Both the position numbers and the translations under genes were made by a program. From a virus (taxonomy: Duplodnaviria; Caudoviricetes), in IMG/VR virus record IMGVR_UViG_3300021519_000013, positions 1-53,708 of that record: 53,708 bases of DNA. One strand, 5' to 3'. Numbering within the stretch: the first letter of the stretch is position 1; every line of letters starts with the position of its first letter. The notes under the pieces are model-generated. The model saw nothing but the letters and a program-made list of their open reading frames with translations, made no database searches and was not told the origin of the DNA. This document shows positions 14,657 to 24,096 of this stretch, one piece after another.

Positions 14657-15798
14657 AACGCATCTTATTGTTGGGCTCAGGTGAACTGGGCAAGGAATTT
14701 GTTATTAGTGCAAAACGTCTAGGTTGCTATGTTGTTGCTGTTGATAGTTATGACAACGCTCCAGCTATGCAGGTTGCTGACAGATCAGCAGTTTGTGATA
14801 TGCTAAACCCAGATGCTCTTAGAAACGTCATTGACTTCTATCATCCAGATATCATCGTTCCTGAAATTGAAGCTATCCGTACTGAAGTTCTTAAGGAGTT
14901 TGAGGACAATGGCATCCAAGTTGTACCCAGTGCTAAAGCTGTCAATGCTACAATGAATCGCGATACAATCCGTAACATTGCTGTTGGACTTGGTATCCGT
15001 ACTGCTAAATTTGCTTATGCTGAAACAGCTGAAGAGCTAATTGAAGCAGCTAAGACTATCGGCTATCCAGTCGTAGTTAAGCCTGTCATGAGTTCTAGTG
15101 GCAAGGGACAGAGTGTAGTACAGGATCCCAATGACATCACAAGGGCCTGGATCTATGCCGTCGACAATAGCCGTGGTGATCGCAAGAAGGTTATTGTTGA
15201 GGAGTTTATCAACTTCCATACTGAGATTACTGTTCTCACAGTAAAGCAGAAGAATGGTGACGATACTATTTTCTGTAATCCAATTGGCCATGTACAGGAA
15301 CGTGGTGACTATCAGTACAGCTGGCAAACAGGTATGAGTCTTGACCATGTTCTAACATACCCTCAAATTGATGAAGCAGAACGTATCTCAAAGCTTATTA
15401 CCGATGAGCTGGGTGGTGCTGGATTGTTTGGTGTCGAGTTCTTTGTAACGCATAATGAGGTTATTTTCAGTGAACTAAGCCCTCGTCCACATGATACAGG
15501 CATGGTTACACTTATTAGTCAAAATGTTACAGAGTTTGATCTACATGCAAGAGCTATATTGGGTCTACCAATCCCTGCTATTGAGTATCGTAACGGGGCA
15601 AGTGCTGTGGTTCTTGGAGACGACTGGGGGCGTGTACGAACCTATAAGGGCATCGAGCAGGCATTGCTAATAGCACAGGATGTACGCATCTTTGGTAAGG
15701 AACACAGTAGACCCTATCGCAGAATGGGTGTAGTATTGGGTAAGAATTTGATGGAAACCAGGGATGCTGCTCATCTCATCAAAGTAATTACCGGTTGA
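14653..15798 (+). CDS. purT: Formate-dependent phosphoribosylglycinamide formyltransferase
   Basis: ILLLGSGELGKE, APAMQVA, VPEIEAI, KPVMSSSGKGQS, ELSPRPHDTG, RRMGV. Confidence 0.97.
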   Translation: MKRILLLGSGELGKEFVISAKRLGCYVVAVDSYDNAPAMQVADRSAVCDMLNPDALRNVIDFYHPDIIVPEIEAIRTEVLKEFEDNGIQVVPSAKAVNATMNRDTIRNIAVGLGIRTAKFAYAETAEELIEAAKTIGYPVVVKPVMSSSGKGQSVVQDPNDITRAWIYAVDNSRGDRKKVIVEEFINFHTEITVLTVKQKNGDDTIFCNPIGHVQERGDYQYSWQTGMSLDHVLTYPQIDEAERISKLITDELGGAGLFGVEFFVTHNEVIFSELSPRPHDTGMVTLISQNVTEFDLHARAILGLPIPAIEYRNGASAVVLGDDWGRVRTYKGIEQALLIAQDVRIFGKEHSRPYRRMGVVLGKNLMETRDAAHLIKVITG

Positions 15799-15822
15799 CA
15801 ACTACTCATAGCCTGTTATACT
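15795..15822 (+). promoter_or_regulatory. Sigma70-type early promoter with extended -10
   Basis: TTGACA-N16-TATACT preceded by TGn. Confidence 0.7.
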
Positions 15823-15845
15823 AATAAAGAATTAGGAGACAGGCT

Positions 15846-16031
15846 ATGAAGCTCATTGATGATCGTATTCAAAAGCAGGAAGTGACCGAGATCACTCAAG
15901 AGATGGTCCAGAATTTAATTGAAATCCTGGGCGAAGATTATGCTGTCTTCTTAACACAAGCTCAATCCTCATTCCTAACCAAAGAGTTAGGTTCTGTACT
16001 CAACAAGTTTTTCGACACTCGAAACAAGTGA
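15846..16031 (+). CDS. Hypothetical protein
   Basis: AGGAGA RBS, 61 aa. Confidence 0.7.
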   Translation: MKLIDDRIQKQEVTEITQEMVQNLIEILGEDYAVFLTQAQSSFLTKELGSVLNKFFDTRNK

Positions 16032-16038
16032 GGTAACC

Positions 16039-16488
16039 ATGTTCAATGGAAAAGTAATCGTGTTCGATCTGGACGGCACGATCTGTAACGTCGAGCATAG
16101 GCGTCACTGGGTCGCAAGCAAGCCTAAGAACTGGGCTGCTTGGGATGCCGGTCTTCCCAACGACACTCCCAATGAGGAGATCGTTTGGATGCTGAACAAC
16201 TTTGCTGACAATCCAGTTACTCGCATTGTGCTGTGCAGTGGTCGTGATAGCGGTCTGCGTGAGGCAACTGAGGCATGGCTGAAGAAGCATCATGTCTACT
16301 ACGATTCTCTGTACATGAGAGCAAGCGGTGACAACCGTAAGGACTCAATCGTTAAGGTTGAGCTGCTGCACGATATCCAGCGTGACTGGGCTTGGCCGTG
16401 GTTGTGGGTGGATGATCGACAGCAGGTTGTTGATGCTATCCGTGAGCAGGGCATCCGTGTATTGCAAGTGGCGCCGGGGGATTTCTAA
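16039..16488 (+). CDS. HAD-family phosphatase, like the T4 PseT/Pnkp 3'-phosphatase domain
   Basis: FDLDGT, CSGR, LYMRA.GDNRKDSIVK, VDDR, LQVAPGDF. Confidence 0.88.
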   Translation: MFNGKVIVFDLDGTICNVEHRRHWVASKPKNWAAWDAGLPNDTPNEEIVWMLNNFADNPVTRIVLCSGRDSGLREATEAWLKKHHVYYDSLYMRASGDNRKDSIVKVELLHDIQRDWAWPWLWVDDRQQVVDAIREQGIRVLQVAPGDF

Positions 16489-16790
16489 TGTCCCTCGGCA
16501 AGCTGGAAGTATTGGAGCGTCCTAAATCAAAGTGGCCGTACTGGCTTCTATATCGTTTTAAAGATACTTATTGGCCATATAATCATACTGAAGATCTAAA
16601 ACATATCTATCTTAAGATAGATCTTCTAACGAATAAAATTCCACATTGTGTCGAAAGGCAATGGGCACAGAACACTGGTGCTAATGGACGCAAGTTTAAG
16701 ACTCAGTATGGCATTCTATATAAGTTCCTAAAGGAAGAAGACAGACTAATTTTCCTTATGTCACAGGAGACAGACAATGAACTATCATAA
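16488..16790 (+). CDS. Hypothetical protein
   Basis: Start overlaps the upstream stop. Confidence 0.65.
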   Translation: MSLGKLEVLERPKSKWPYWLLYRFKDTYWPYNHTEDLKHIYLKIDLLTNKIPHCVERQWAQNTGANGRKFKTQYGILYKFLKEEDRLIFLMSQETDNELS

Positions 16791-17160
16791 TTACCAGTTG
16801 GTTAAGACGCTGGAAAAAATGGCTGAAGACTGTGGGTTTGAGATCCGTCGTTCCAGCTATGGTGGTGAACATATCAGTCTTATGACTCAGGATAAAGCCA
16901 CGGCTCTTCCAGTATATGCTCGTAACATCGCACTGTTCACTGGTACTGTCGAAGAGTCAGTATGCTTCCTACAGGGTTGGTACAAGCAGCGTGAATACAT
17001 TACGGTATTGCTCAAACTTAAGACTGATCGTATTAAGGATGCGGAACAGAAGTTGGTTGAAAAGTACGAGTCTGATCGTGTGATTGCCGCACTAAAAACT
17101 GGCAAGGATATTGGTTGGATGACCCCGGAAAAAGATGATCCAAATCACGCACCATTCTAA
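16777..17160 (+). CDS. Hypothetical protein
   Basis: AGGAGA RBS, 127 aa. Confidence 0.75.
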   Translation: MNYHNYQLVKTLEKMAEDCGFEIRRSSYGGEHISLMTQDKATALPVYARNIALFTGTVEESVCFLQGWYKQREYITVLLKLKTDRIKDAEQKLVEKYESDRVIAALKTGKDIGWMTPEKDDPNHAPF

Positions 17161-17164
17161 CTAC

Positions 17165-17192
17165 TTGACAAGTGAGCGTTTGGTGCTATATT
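17165..17192 (+). promoter_or_regulatory. Sigma70-type early promoter
   Basis: TTGACA ... TGCTATATT upstream of the RNA ligase. Confidence 0.65.
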
Positions 17193-17214
17193 AGTAATAC
17201 AAACGAGGTGTGAA

Positions 17215-18474
17215 ATGAACTACGATTTTCCCATAATCAAGCATTTGGACGATGTTCGCCCTGCTATCGAGGGACGTGATGAGTTCATCATTGCCGAACG
17301 TGATTGGGGCTATGTAGTCAACTACATGGTCTCCATGACTGATACTTTCCCTCCCGTATTGGATGAGGAGTATTGGTGCCCGGGCTGTAAGCTTCCCATT
17401 GCAGAAACTGTGGGCTGTGGGTCACAGCGTTGCCCAGAAGTTGTAAACTTGGCTGCTATACGTCGAGAGTGCCGCGGACTGCTGTTCTATAAGGATGGCA
17501 GCATCATGATGCGTCGTCTGCACAAGTTCTTCAATGTTAACGAGCGTGATGAGACTCAGGTTGGAGTCATTGACTTTACTCAGCCTCATGTCATTCTTGA
17601 GAAGCTCGACGGCAGCATGATCACCCCTGTTGTCACTGATGCTGGCTTGCGTTGGGGTACGAAGATGGGCATCACTGATGTCAGCATGGGAGCAGAATTG
17701 TTTGTTGCAAATCATCCCAAGTATGAATGGATGGCTCGTGAATGTATCAAGTTTGGATTTACTCCTATCTTCGAGTGGTGTAGCCGCAAGCAGCGCATTG
17801 TGATCGACTACCCTGAGGATCGTCTAGTGCTTATTGCCATCCGAAATAACCGCACTGGAGCATATGAGCCTTACAACATTCTCACGATGTATGAGCGTGA
17901 TCATGACATCGAAGTCGTAAAGACTTACAAAGGTACTGCTGCTACTATGGAGCACCTTATGGGTGAGACTAAGGCTGCTGAAGGGCTCGAAGGTTATATC
18001 ATTCGTTTCGACGATGGGCATATGCTCAAGGTCAAGGGCGAGTGGTATCTGCGTATCCACAAGACCAAGGATAACCTCACTCATGAGAAGAACGTCATTG
18101 ATCTGCTTGTCAACGAGAAGATGGATGATGTTAAGGCTTTCATGATGGATGAAGACCGCAAGCGTGTGGATGAGTTCGAAGCTGTGTTCTGGGAAGGGTT
18201 TGCTCGTCAGGTAGAAGCATATGACAAGTACTTTGGTATGGTGCTTGCTTCAAAGATGGACCGTAAGGAATATGCTTTGAAGTGGATGCCTACTATTAAG
18301 GATCAGGATCCCTTTGCTGCTCAGATTGTCTTTGGCAAGTTTGATGGCAAGGATACTTGGGCTATGATGCTGGATATGGTTCGCAAGAACACTGGTACTA
18401 AGACTAAAATTGAAACTGTGCGTCATCTGTGGGGTGGTGCTCAGTGGAACTATCACTTTGACGGTGATGTATGA
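17215..18474 (+). CDS. rnlA: T4 RnlA-family RNA ligase 1
   Basis: RECRGL, HKFFN, motif I EKLDGS, FEW, EGYII, LKVKGEWY..H. Confidence 0.92.
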   Translation: MNYDFPIIKHLDDVRPAIEGRDEFIIAERDWGYVVNYMVSMTDTFPPVLDEEYWCPGCKLPIAETVGCGSQRCPEVVNLAAIRRECRGLLFYKDGSIMMRRLHKFFNVNERDETQVGVIDFTQPHVILEKLDGSMITPVVTDAGLRWGTKMGITDVSMGAELFVANHPKYEWMARECIKFGFTPIFEWCSRKQRIVIDYPEDRLVLIAIRNNRTGAYEPYNILTMYERDHDIEVVKTYKGTAATMEHLMGETKAAEGLEGYIIRFDDGHMLKVKGEWYLRIHKTKDNLTHEKNVIDLLVNEKMDDVKAFMMDEDRKRVDEFEAVFWEGFARQVEAYDKYFGMVLASKMDRKEYALKWMPTIKDQDPFAAQIVFGKFDGKDTWAMMLDMVRKNTGTKTKIETVRHLWGGAQWNYHFDGDV

Positions 18475-18728
18475 TTAACTGGTCAAATGTAAAAATTGTC
18501 TGGCATAGCGATGTGCCAGACACTCCCAATGTTGAACAAATTATCCTTGAAGACTGTGAACGCAGCCTTTGGGGATTGGACAATGTAAGTACACTGATTT
18601 TTCATACTATCTTCTTAGGCAAAGGCATGGATAATAATGTTGTCACTGCTTGGGGAGAGCTAGGCGATGAGCATCTACATTGTGAGTTTGAGTCAAATCC
18701 AATTTGGACAAGTATAGAAAATGAATGA
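18471..18728 (+). CDS. Hypothetical protein
   Basis: ATGA coupling to the ligase gene. Confidence 0.65.
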   Translation: MINWSNVKIVWHSDVPDTPNVEQIILEDCERSLWGLDNVSTLIFHTIFLGKGMDNNVVTAWGELGDEHLHCEFESNPIWTSIENE

Positions 18729-19236
18729 CACCTTACTAAGAAATATCTTTGTTGTCAGTGACACACACTTTGGACATGCAAATATCCTAAAGTTTACTGA
18801 CAGCACAACTGGGCTGCGTGTTCGTCCACAGTTTACCACTGTGGAAGAAATGGACGAATATATGGTTGAACGCTGGAATTCAGTTGTAAAAGACGAAGAC
18901 ATCGTGTATCATCTAGGGGATGTTTACTTTGAGCATGGGCATCGACTGTTACCTAGACTTAAAGGACGCAAGCGTTTGATACTGGGCAATCACGACAATG
19001 GAAAGTCAAGTTACATACAAGCCAACTTTCAAAAGGTACTGATGTGGCGAATGTTTCCTGAGTTTAACTGCGTACTAACTCATGTTCCCATTCACGAAAG
19101 TGGTATGGGCAAGGTACATTATAACCTACATGGGCATATACATCAGAATGCAAGCCCAAATGAACGATATATCAACTGTTGTGTTGAAGTACAAGATTAT
19201 ACACCACGAGCTATAGAGGAGTTGGTTCCACGATGA
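18721..19236 (+). CDS. Calcineurin-like metallophosphoesterase
   Basis: SDTHFGH, HLGDV, LGNHD, THVP, HGHIH. Confidence 0.9.
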   Translation: MNDTLLRNIFVVSDTHFGHANILKFTDSTTGLRVRPQFTTVEEMDEYMVERWNSVVKDEDIVYHLGDVYFEHGHRLLPRLKGRKRLILGNHDNGKSSYIQANFQKVLMWRMFPEFNCVLTHVPIHESGMGKVHYNLHGHIHQNASPNERYINCCVEVQDYTPRAIEELVPR

Positions 19237-19691
19237 ATGACATTGTAAAACGTGAATGTGGCGACTGTCATAAATGTTGTGAAGGTTATCTAGTAGGCGA
19301 AGTATATGGTTTCCAGTTTCAGCCTGGCAGACCCTGTCATTACTTGTCAGTTGGCAAGGGATGTTCCATCTATGACAAGCGACCTGAAAATCCTTGTAAG
19401 TCCTATCGCTGCGAATGGCTACAGAATCCTGAAGTGCCTGAATGGTTTAAACCCAATAAGGTAAATGCTATTCTCAGTCGTCGTAAGGTTGGTGAGTACG
19501 AGTATTGGGATCTGATGGAAGCTGGTGAGAAGCTTGATTCAGCAGTGCTCAACTGGATTTTCCTACAGTGTGTTAATACAGGCATGAATCTAGTTTATCG
19601 CATCAGCGGTGGTGTTAACTGGTTGGGGTCAGAAGCTTTTATTCTTGAGTACAAGCGTCAGGTAAGCGATCATACAGGAGTAGCAGGATGA
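19233..19691 (+). CDS. YkgJ-like CxxCxxCC Fe-S/Zn protein
   Basis: CGDCHKCC...PCHYL...CSIYDKRP..C. Confidence 0.8.
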   Translation: MNDIVKRECGDCHKCCEGYLVGEVYGFQFQPGRPCHYLSVGKGCSIYDKRPENPCKSYRCEWLQNPEVPEWFKPNKVNAILSRRKVGEYEYWDLMEAGEKLDSAVLNWIFLQCVNTGMNLVYRISGGVNWLGSEAFILEYKRQVSDHTGVAG

Positions 19692-19933
19692 TAACACTTG
19701 AAATTAGTGACGACACCTTAGATAATCTTATCAAGGATGTTCTCGTCAAGGACTATCGTGGGTTTATTAATCGCATCAAGGAACTTGAAGCAATTGAAAA
19801 TCCAAAGCCTCATCATCAAGCAGATTTGGAAGATGAGAAATATTTTCTAAAAGCAATGAAGGTTATGCTTACATACTACCTCGAACACGACAGATATATG
19901 GAATTGTTCAATGAAACTTCAGATTATCAGTGA
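19688..19933 (+). CDS. Hypothetical protein
   Basis: Translationally coupled ORF, 81 aa. Confidence 0.7.
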   Translation: MITLEISDDTLDNLIKDVLVKDYRGFINRIKELEAIENPKPHHQADLEDEKYFLKAMKVMLTYYLEHDRYMELFNETSDYQ

Positions 19934-20696
19934 TCTCCATCTTGAGTTCAATGACGTAACCATTAATAACGCTGGCGCAGACATTCTATGTCTTGCCGGC
20001 GATATTTCATTGGCTAAAGACCTACATAAGAATAATGCAAAAGGTGAGAAGTATCGTCAGTTCTTTGAGCATGTGTCAAAAGAGTTTGATACTGTGCTTT
20101 ATATCATGGGTAACCATGAACACTACAGCGGACGTTGGAATAACACTGCTACTCATTTACGTGAAGCATTAGAACCATGGGATAACATCACTCTTATGAA
20201 TGATGGCTGGCTTAACTTTGGCAATACACGTATTGTTGGTACTAGTCTTTGGACTAATATGAACAAAGGTGACCCAATTACTATGATGCATATTAAAAAT
20301 ATGATGAATGATTATCATGTCATTACTATCGAGCGTAATGGTGTTTATCATAAGCTAAGGCCAATTGATACGTTTGAAGCACATAATCGTGCTGTAGAAA
20401 CAATCAAACTTGCTGCTGAAACATGGGATGGTAATGTTGTTGTACTTGGGCATCATGCACCCAGCTTTCAAAGTGTTCACGAACGCTATAAGCATGATTG
20501 GGCAATGAATGGAGGCTATGTCAGCAATCTAGATGATTACATTCTAAGCCAGGAAAAGATTAAACTATGGATACATGGTCACGTTCATAATAGCTTCGAC
20601 TATATGATTGGGCAGTGCCGTGTTGTATGTAATCCTCATGGATATCATGATGAAAACGCTGTCAACTTCAACCCAAATTTAGTGATTGAAGTATGA
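19911..20696 (+). CDS. Calcineurin-like metallophosphoesterase
   Basis: SDLHLE, AGDI, GNHE, HHAP, HGHVH, CNPHGY. Confidence 0.9.
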   Translation: MKLQIISDLHLEFNDVTINNAGADILCLAGDISLAKDLHKNNAKGEKYRQFFEHVSKEFDTVLYIMGNHEHYSGRWNNTATHLREALEPWDNITLMNDGWLNFGNTRIVGTSLWTNMNKGDPITMMHIKNMMNDYHVITIERNGVYHKLRPIDTFEAHNRAVETIKLAAETWDGNVVVLGHHAPSFQSVHERYKHDWAMNGGYVSNLDDYILSQEKIKLWIHGHVHNSFDYMIGQCRVVCNPHGYHDENAVNFNPNLVIEV

Positions 20697-20878
20697 ATGA
20701 GCTAACAAAAGACGAAGCAGTTGTTCATATGCAGGTGCTTCGTCGTGAAATTAATATACTTAAAAGTCGTATTACCATGCACGACAGCGGACATCTTTAC
20801 ACGACTATAAATGTGTTGGAGGAACGCTGCGGCGAGTGTATGAAAATCATATTTACTGAGGACACCATTTCTCACTAA
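20693..20878 (+). CDS. Hypothetical protein
   Basis: Coupled ORF, 61 aa. Confidence 0.65.
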   Translation: MNELTKDEAVVHMQVLRREINILKSRITMHDSGHLYTTINVLEERCGECMKIIFTEDTISH

Positions 20879-20903
20879 ATATATTTTTACTGAGAGATCA
20901 TCC

Positions 20904-23387
20904 ATGCGCCTTAACGATATTTTTGAAGAAAAACTTGATGAAGTAAACATGAGCCCAGGCGCATTAGCAGACTTTGCCAAGACTGAGTTTGCGCAGGCAA
21001 TGACTGCTGGATTTGAAGCAGAGCTTGTTATTCCCAATGCTCAAAGTGATGATGAAGGCGAAATGGAACCGGACTATGATGAAGATCGTCGTTGCCGTAG
21101 CACTGATGACATACGTAGATTCTTCGAAGGTGATTATAACAGCGAAAGGCAAATTGAACGAGCCATTGAACAGATTGACGAAGAATTTTTTGAATATGCC
21201 GACGAGCAGATTAGAAGTGATTTTGATGAAGACGAACGAGACGACATGATCCGTGAAATTCTCAAGGACATGGATAAAAGTCCTGAGGAAATTGAAGAGA
21301 TTATGGATGAACGTAGTAGTAAAGAATACGATCAAGCTGAAAGTTCAGCATGGGAATCGTATAGAGAAAACGCCGACTACGATCAATATGTAAGACAGTT
21401 CTTTGACCGTAACTATCGTTATATGAGTGATGTTGCTAATTCCGTCAGTTTAGATTGGCCTTACTGGACCAACGGTGGTAATGGAGAAGGCGAAAGCAGC
21501 GAGGATATTGCTAAAGATATTGCTGATACCATTGGCATGCCAGTCAAAGCCAGCAGTGGATATCATGGTGCAAAGCGTGGCACTGGCTTCTTTATCCTTG
21601 AACCAGATAGTAGTATTGATTCTGATGATGGCGAAGCAGGACTTGAACTCGTAAGTCCCCCAATGCCACTAGCACAATGCTTGGAATACTTGGATAAGGT
21701 ATTTGATTGGGCACAAATTAGAGGCTGTACCACTAATAGTTCAACTGGCTTTCATATGGGGATCAGTATTCCAGATCAGACCAGAGAGAATGTAGATCAT
21801 TTGAAATTTACATTGTTTCTTGGTGATGACTATGTTCTTCAGCAGTTTGGTAGAGAATCAAACACATATGCTAAAAGCATGATGAAGGAGATGTCTCAGA
21901 AATTAAAAAATCTATCTGCTGGATCTGGCAGAATGGATGCTGAAGGTATGCTACGAGCTTTTAAAGATGGCTTAAATTCATCTGCTGCTAAATTTGTAAA
22001 AACATCATTGACTACAACTCATGATCGTTATGTCACTGTTAATATCAAAGACAAGTATATTGAAGTTCGTAGTGCTGGTGGTGATTACTTAGGTGACTTG
22101 CCAAAGATTAAAAACACATTGCTACGTTATGTTCGTGCTATGGGATTAGCTGCTGATCCAGAAGCAGAGAAGCAAGAATACGCTAAGAAGTTGTATAAGT
22201 TTCTAAGTCCAATGGTTCGTGGCGATGAAGACATCATTAAGTATTTTACACAGTTTAGTGCTGGTACATTACCTTCTACTGCTCTTAAGAGTTTCATTAG
22301 ACAAGCACAGATGAAACGTGGCGGTAGAAAAGCTGCCGGTAGCGGAATTGAGTTGGGCGAAGGACCAAATCTATATCTATTCAAATATTACAGTGTCGTT
22401 GATCCAGCAGATGATCCTGAAAAATTTACCATTAATGTTCGTGGAGCAAGCCGTCGTGATGCCATTGCTAACTTCAGAAAGAAGTTTGAAGAAGGTGATT
22501 ACAATATCTTAGAGATTAAAGATATTGATATAACGGATAACAGTGCTTCACAGGCACAGGCACGAGCCAGCGCAGAAGCAACCGGTCTCTACAGAATAAT
22601 TGACAACAACGGTGCTTATCTGGCAACTATAACTGCTGATAATCCAATGGACGCCTATACTAAAGCTGTTCAACGAGTAACCACAGCAGGATTAGCCGAC
22701 GGCTCATGGAAATTAATAGCACCAGGTGGTCGTCAAATTTATCCAGATCCCGCATTTAGTCCAACAGCATCAAATACAACAACATATCGTATGTTGGATC
22801 GTGGGCATGGATATCTAGCAAGTGTAAATGCTGAGAATGTCATGGACGCTTATACACGAGCTTCCCAAATAGCAAGCAATGCCCAATTGGAGCAAGGATC
22901 TTGGAGATTAATAGATCCAAGTGGTCGTCAAGTATATCCTGAACCATCGTCCAGAATTGTATCAGTTGGACCTGGACGATCAGCATCAAATGAAAACAGG
23001 TATATTGTTACCTACACTAATGCCTATGGAGGTAGCACTATGGCCCCCAGAGTTATGGCTGCTACACCTCAACAAGCAGCTGAACAGATATTAGCACAAC
23101 ATCCTGGATCACAAGTTACCAGTGTTCAAGATTTTGCTTCTGGCGGTCTTGGTCCAAATTTACTTCGCAGCATTCAAACAAACGACGATGACATTCCAGA
23201 ACTTCCCGGCGAGTTTGTGGATGATCCAATGACACCTGGAACTTATATCATCAAATATACTGATATAAGTGGTGCGCGACATCAGACTGCTATAGATGCT
23301 AACAGTGCAGTTGAAGCTAAAGAATGGTTCCGATCTAATCATCCAGTTACATATCATATAACTGATGTTTATAGACATACTGCTTAA
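20904..23387 (+). CDS. Putative amidoligase (COOH-NH2 ligase type 2) with acidic insert and C-terminal repeats
   Basis: GFEAE, EPDSSI, LELVSPP, TNSSTGFHMGI, RYVTVN, IEVRSAGG. Confidence 0.75.
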   Translation: MRLNDIFEEKLDEVNMSPGALADFAKTEFAQAMTAGFEAELVIPNAQSDDEGEMEPDYDEDRRCRSTDDIRRFFEGDYNSERQIERAIEQIDEEFFEYADEQIRSDFDEDERDDMIREILKDMDKSPEEIEEIMDERSSKEYDQAESSAWESYRENADYDQYVRQFFDRNYRYMSDVANSVSLDWPYWTNGGNGEGESSEDIAKDIADTIGMPVKASSGYHGAKRGTGFFILEPDSSIDSDDGEAGLELVSPPMPLAQCLEYLDKVFDWAQIRGCTTNSSTGFHMGISIPDQTRENVDHLKFTLFLGDDYVLQQFGRESNTYAKSMMKEMSQKLKNLSAGSGRMDAEGMLRAFKDGLNSSAAKFVKTSLTTTHDRYVTVNIKDKYIEVRSAGGDYLGDLPKIKNTLLRYVRAMGLAADPEAEKQEYAKKLYKFLSPMVRGDEDIIKYFTQFSAGTLPSTALKSFIRQAQMKRGGRKAAGSGIELGEGPNLYLFKYYSVVDPADDPEKFTINVRGASRRDAIANFRKKFEEGDYNILEIKDIDITDNSASQAQARASAEATGLYRIIDNNGAYLATITADNPMDAYTKAVQRVTTAGLADGSWKLIAPGGRQIYPDPAFSPTASNTTTYRMLDRGHGYLASVNAENVMDAYTRASQIASNAQLEQGSWRLIDPSGRQVYPEPSSRIVSVGPGRSASNENRYIVTYTNAYGGSTMAPRVMAATPQQAAEQILAQHPGSQVTSVQDFASGGLGPNLLRSIQTNDDDIPELPGEFVDDPMTPGTYIIKYTDISGARHQTAIDANSAVEAKEWFRSNHPVTYHITDVYRHTA

Positions 23388-23441
23388 TTCATTGACATTG
23401 TCAGCATAAACCTTTATAAACAATAGTACGGGAGTTTAGTA

Positions 23442-23624
23442 ATGCAAGCACAAGCAACAGCCGCCACTGAGAACTACAGCCTTGACACGATGATCCGATA
23501 CGCATTCCATTATGAAGTTCAAAATAACCTTCAAACCAAACCAAACCATAATGATCCCGATCTTCAAACAGTAATCAGGTATATGGAAGCCAGAATTGCT
23601 GAAATCGCTAAAAAATACAAGTAA
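23442..23624 (+). CDS. Hypothetical protein
   Basis: GGGAG RBS, 60 aa. Confidence 0.6.
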   Translation: MQAQATAATENYSLDTMIRYAFHYEVQNNLQTKPNHNDPDLQTVIRYMEARIAEIAKKYK

Positions 23625-23650
23625 TTGAAATCATTGAAGAAAATAACCGG

Positions 23651-23678
23651 TTGACAGAAGCTCATTCCATGCTATATT
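23651..23678 (+). promoter_or_regulatory. Sigma70-type early promoter
   Basis: TTGACA-N16-TATATT with TGn; shares ACCGGTTGACA...CTCAT with the 15795 promoter. Confidence 0.65.
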
Positions 23679-23729
23679 AAGTGAGTAAGTTGAGCGTGGG
23701 GCTCACTACTAACAAATGGAGAGTAGAAT

Positions 23730-24002
23730 ATGACTAAGTTGTTTACGATTGCTGGTGTTTCCAGCGTGAATGGTGTTGCCAAGTATCGTGTTGCTAACGG
23801 TACAATTGCTAACCGTACCAAGCTTTTGGAACGTGCTGGCCAAACTGACATCAAGATGATTGAGCTGCCCAATCCAATGACGAAGGAAGATGCATTTGCA
23901 TTTGTTGCTTCTCATGCGGATTTCCAGGCGGTTAAGCCCAGTGTTAAGGGCGGGGTAGCTCCCAAGGCTAAGACTGAAAAGGCTGCTACTAAGGCAGCGT
24001 AA
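23730..24002 (+). CDS. Small basic hypothetical protein with K/A-rich tail
   Basis: GGAGAG RBS, own promoter and terminator. Confidence 0.8.
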   Translation: MTKLFTIAGVSSVNGVAKYRVANGTIANRTKLLERAGQTDIKMIELPNPMTKEDAFAFVASHADFQAVKPSVKGGVAPKAKTEKAATKAA

Positions 24003-24034
24003 TTTTTGGTTAGATGGTTCTCCTGTGTAAACTT

Positions 24035-24058
24035 GAGGGGCATTGCCCCTCTTTTTTT
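24035..24058 (+). terminator. Intrinsic terminator
   Basis: GAGGGGC-ATT-GCCCCTC followed by T7. Confidence 0.85.
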
Positions 24059-24096
24059 GTCTATGGCTGATCCAATAAATACTAAGAGGATTAGCA

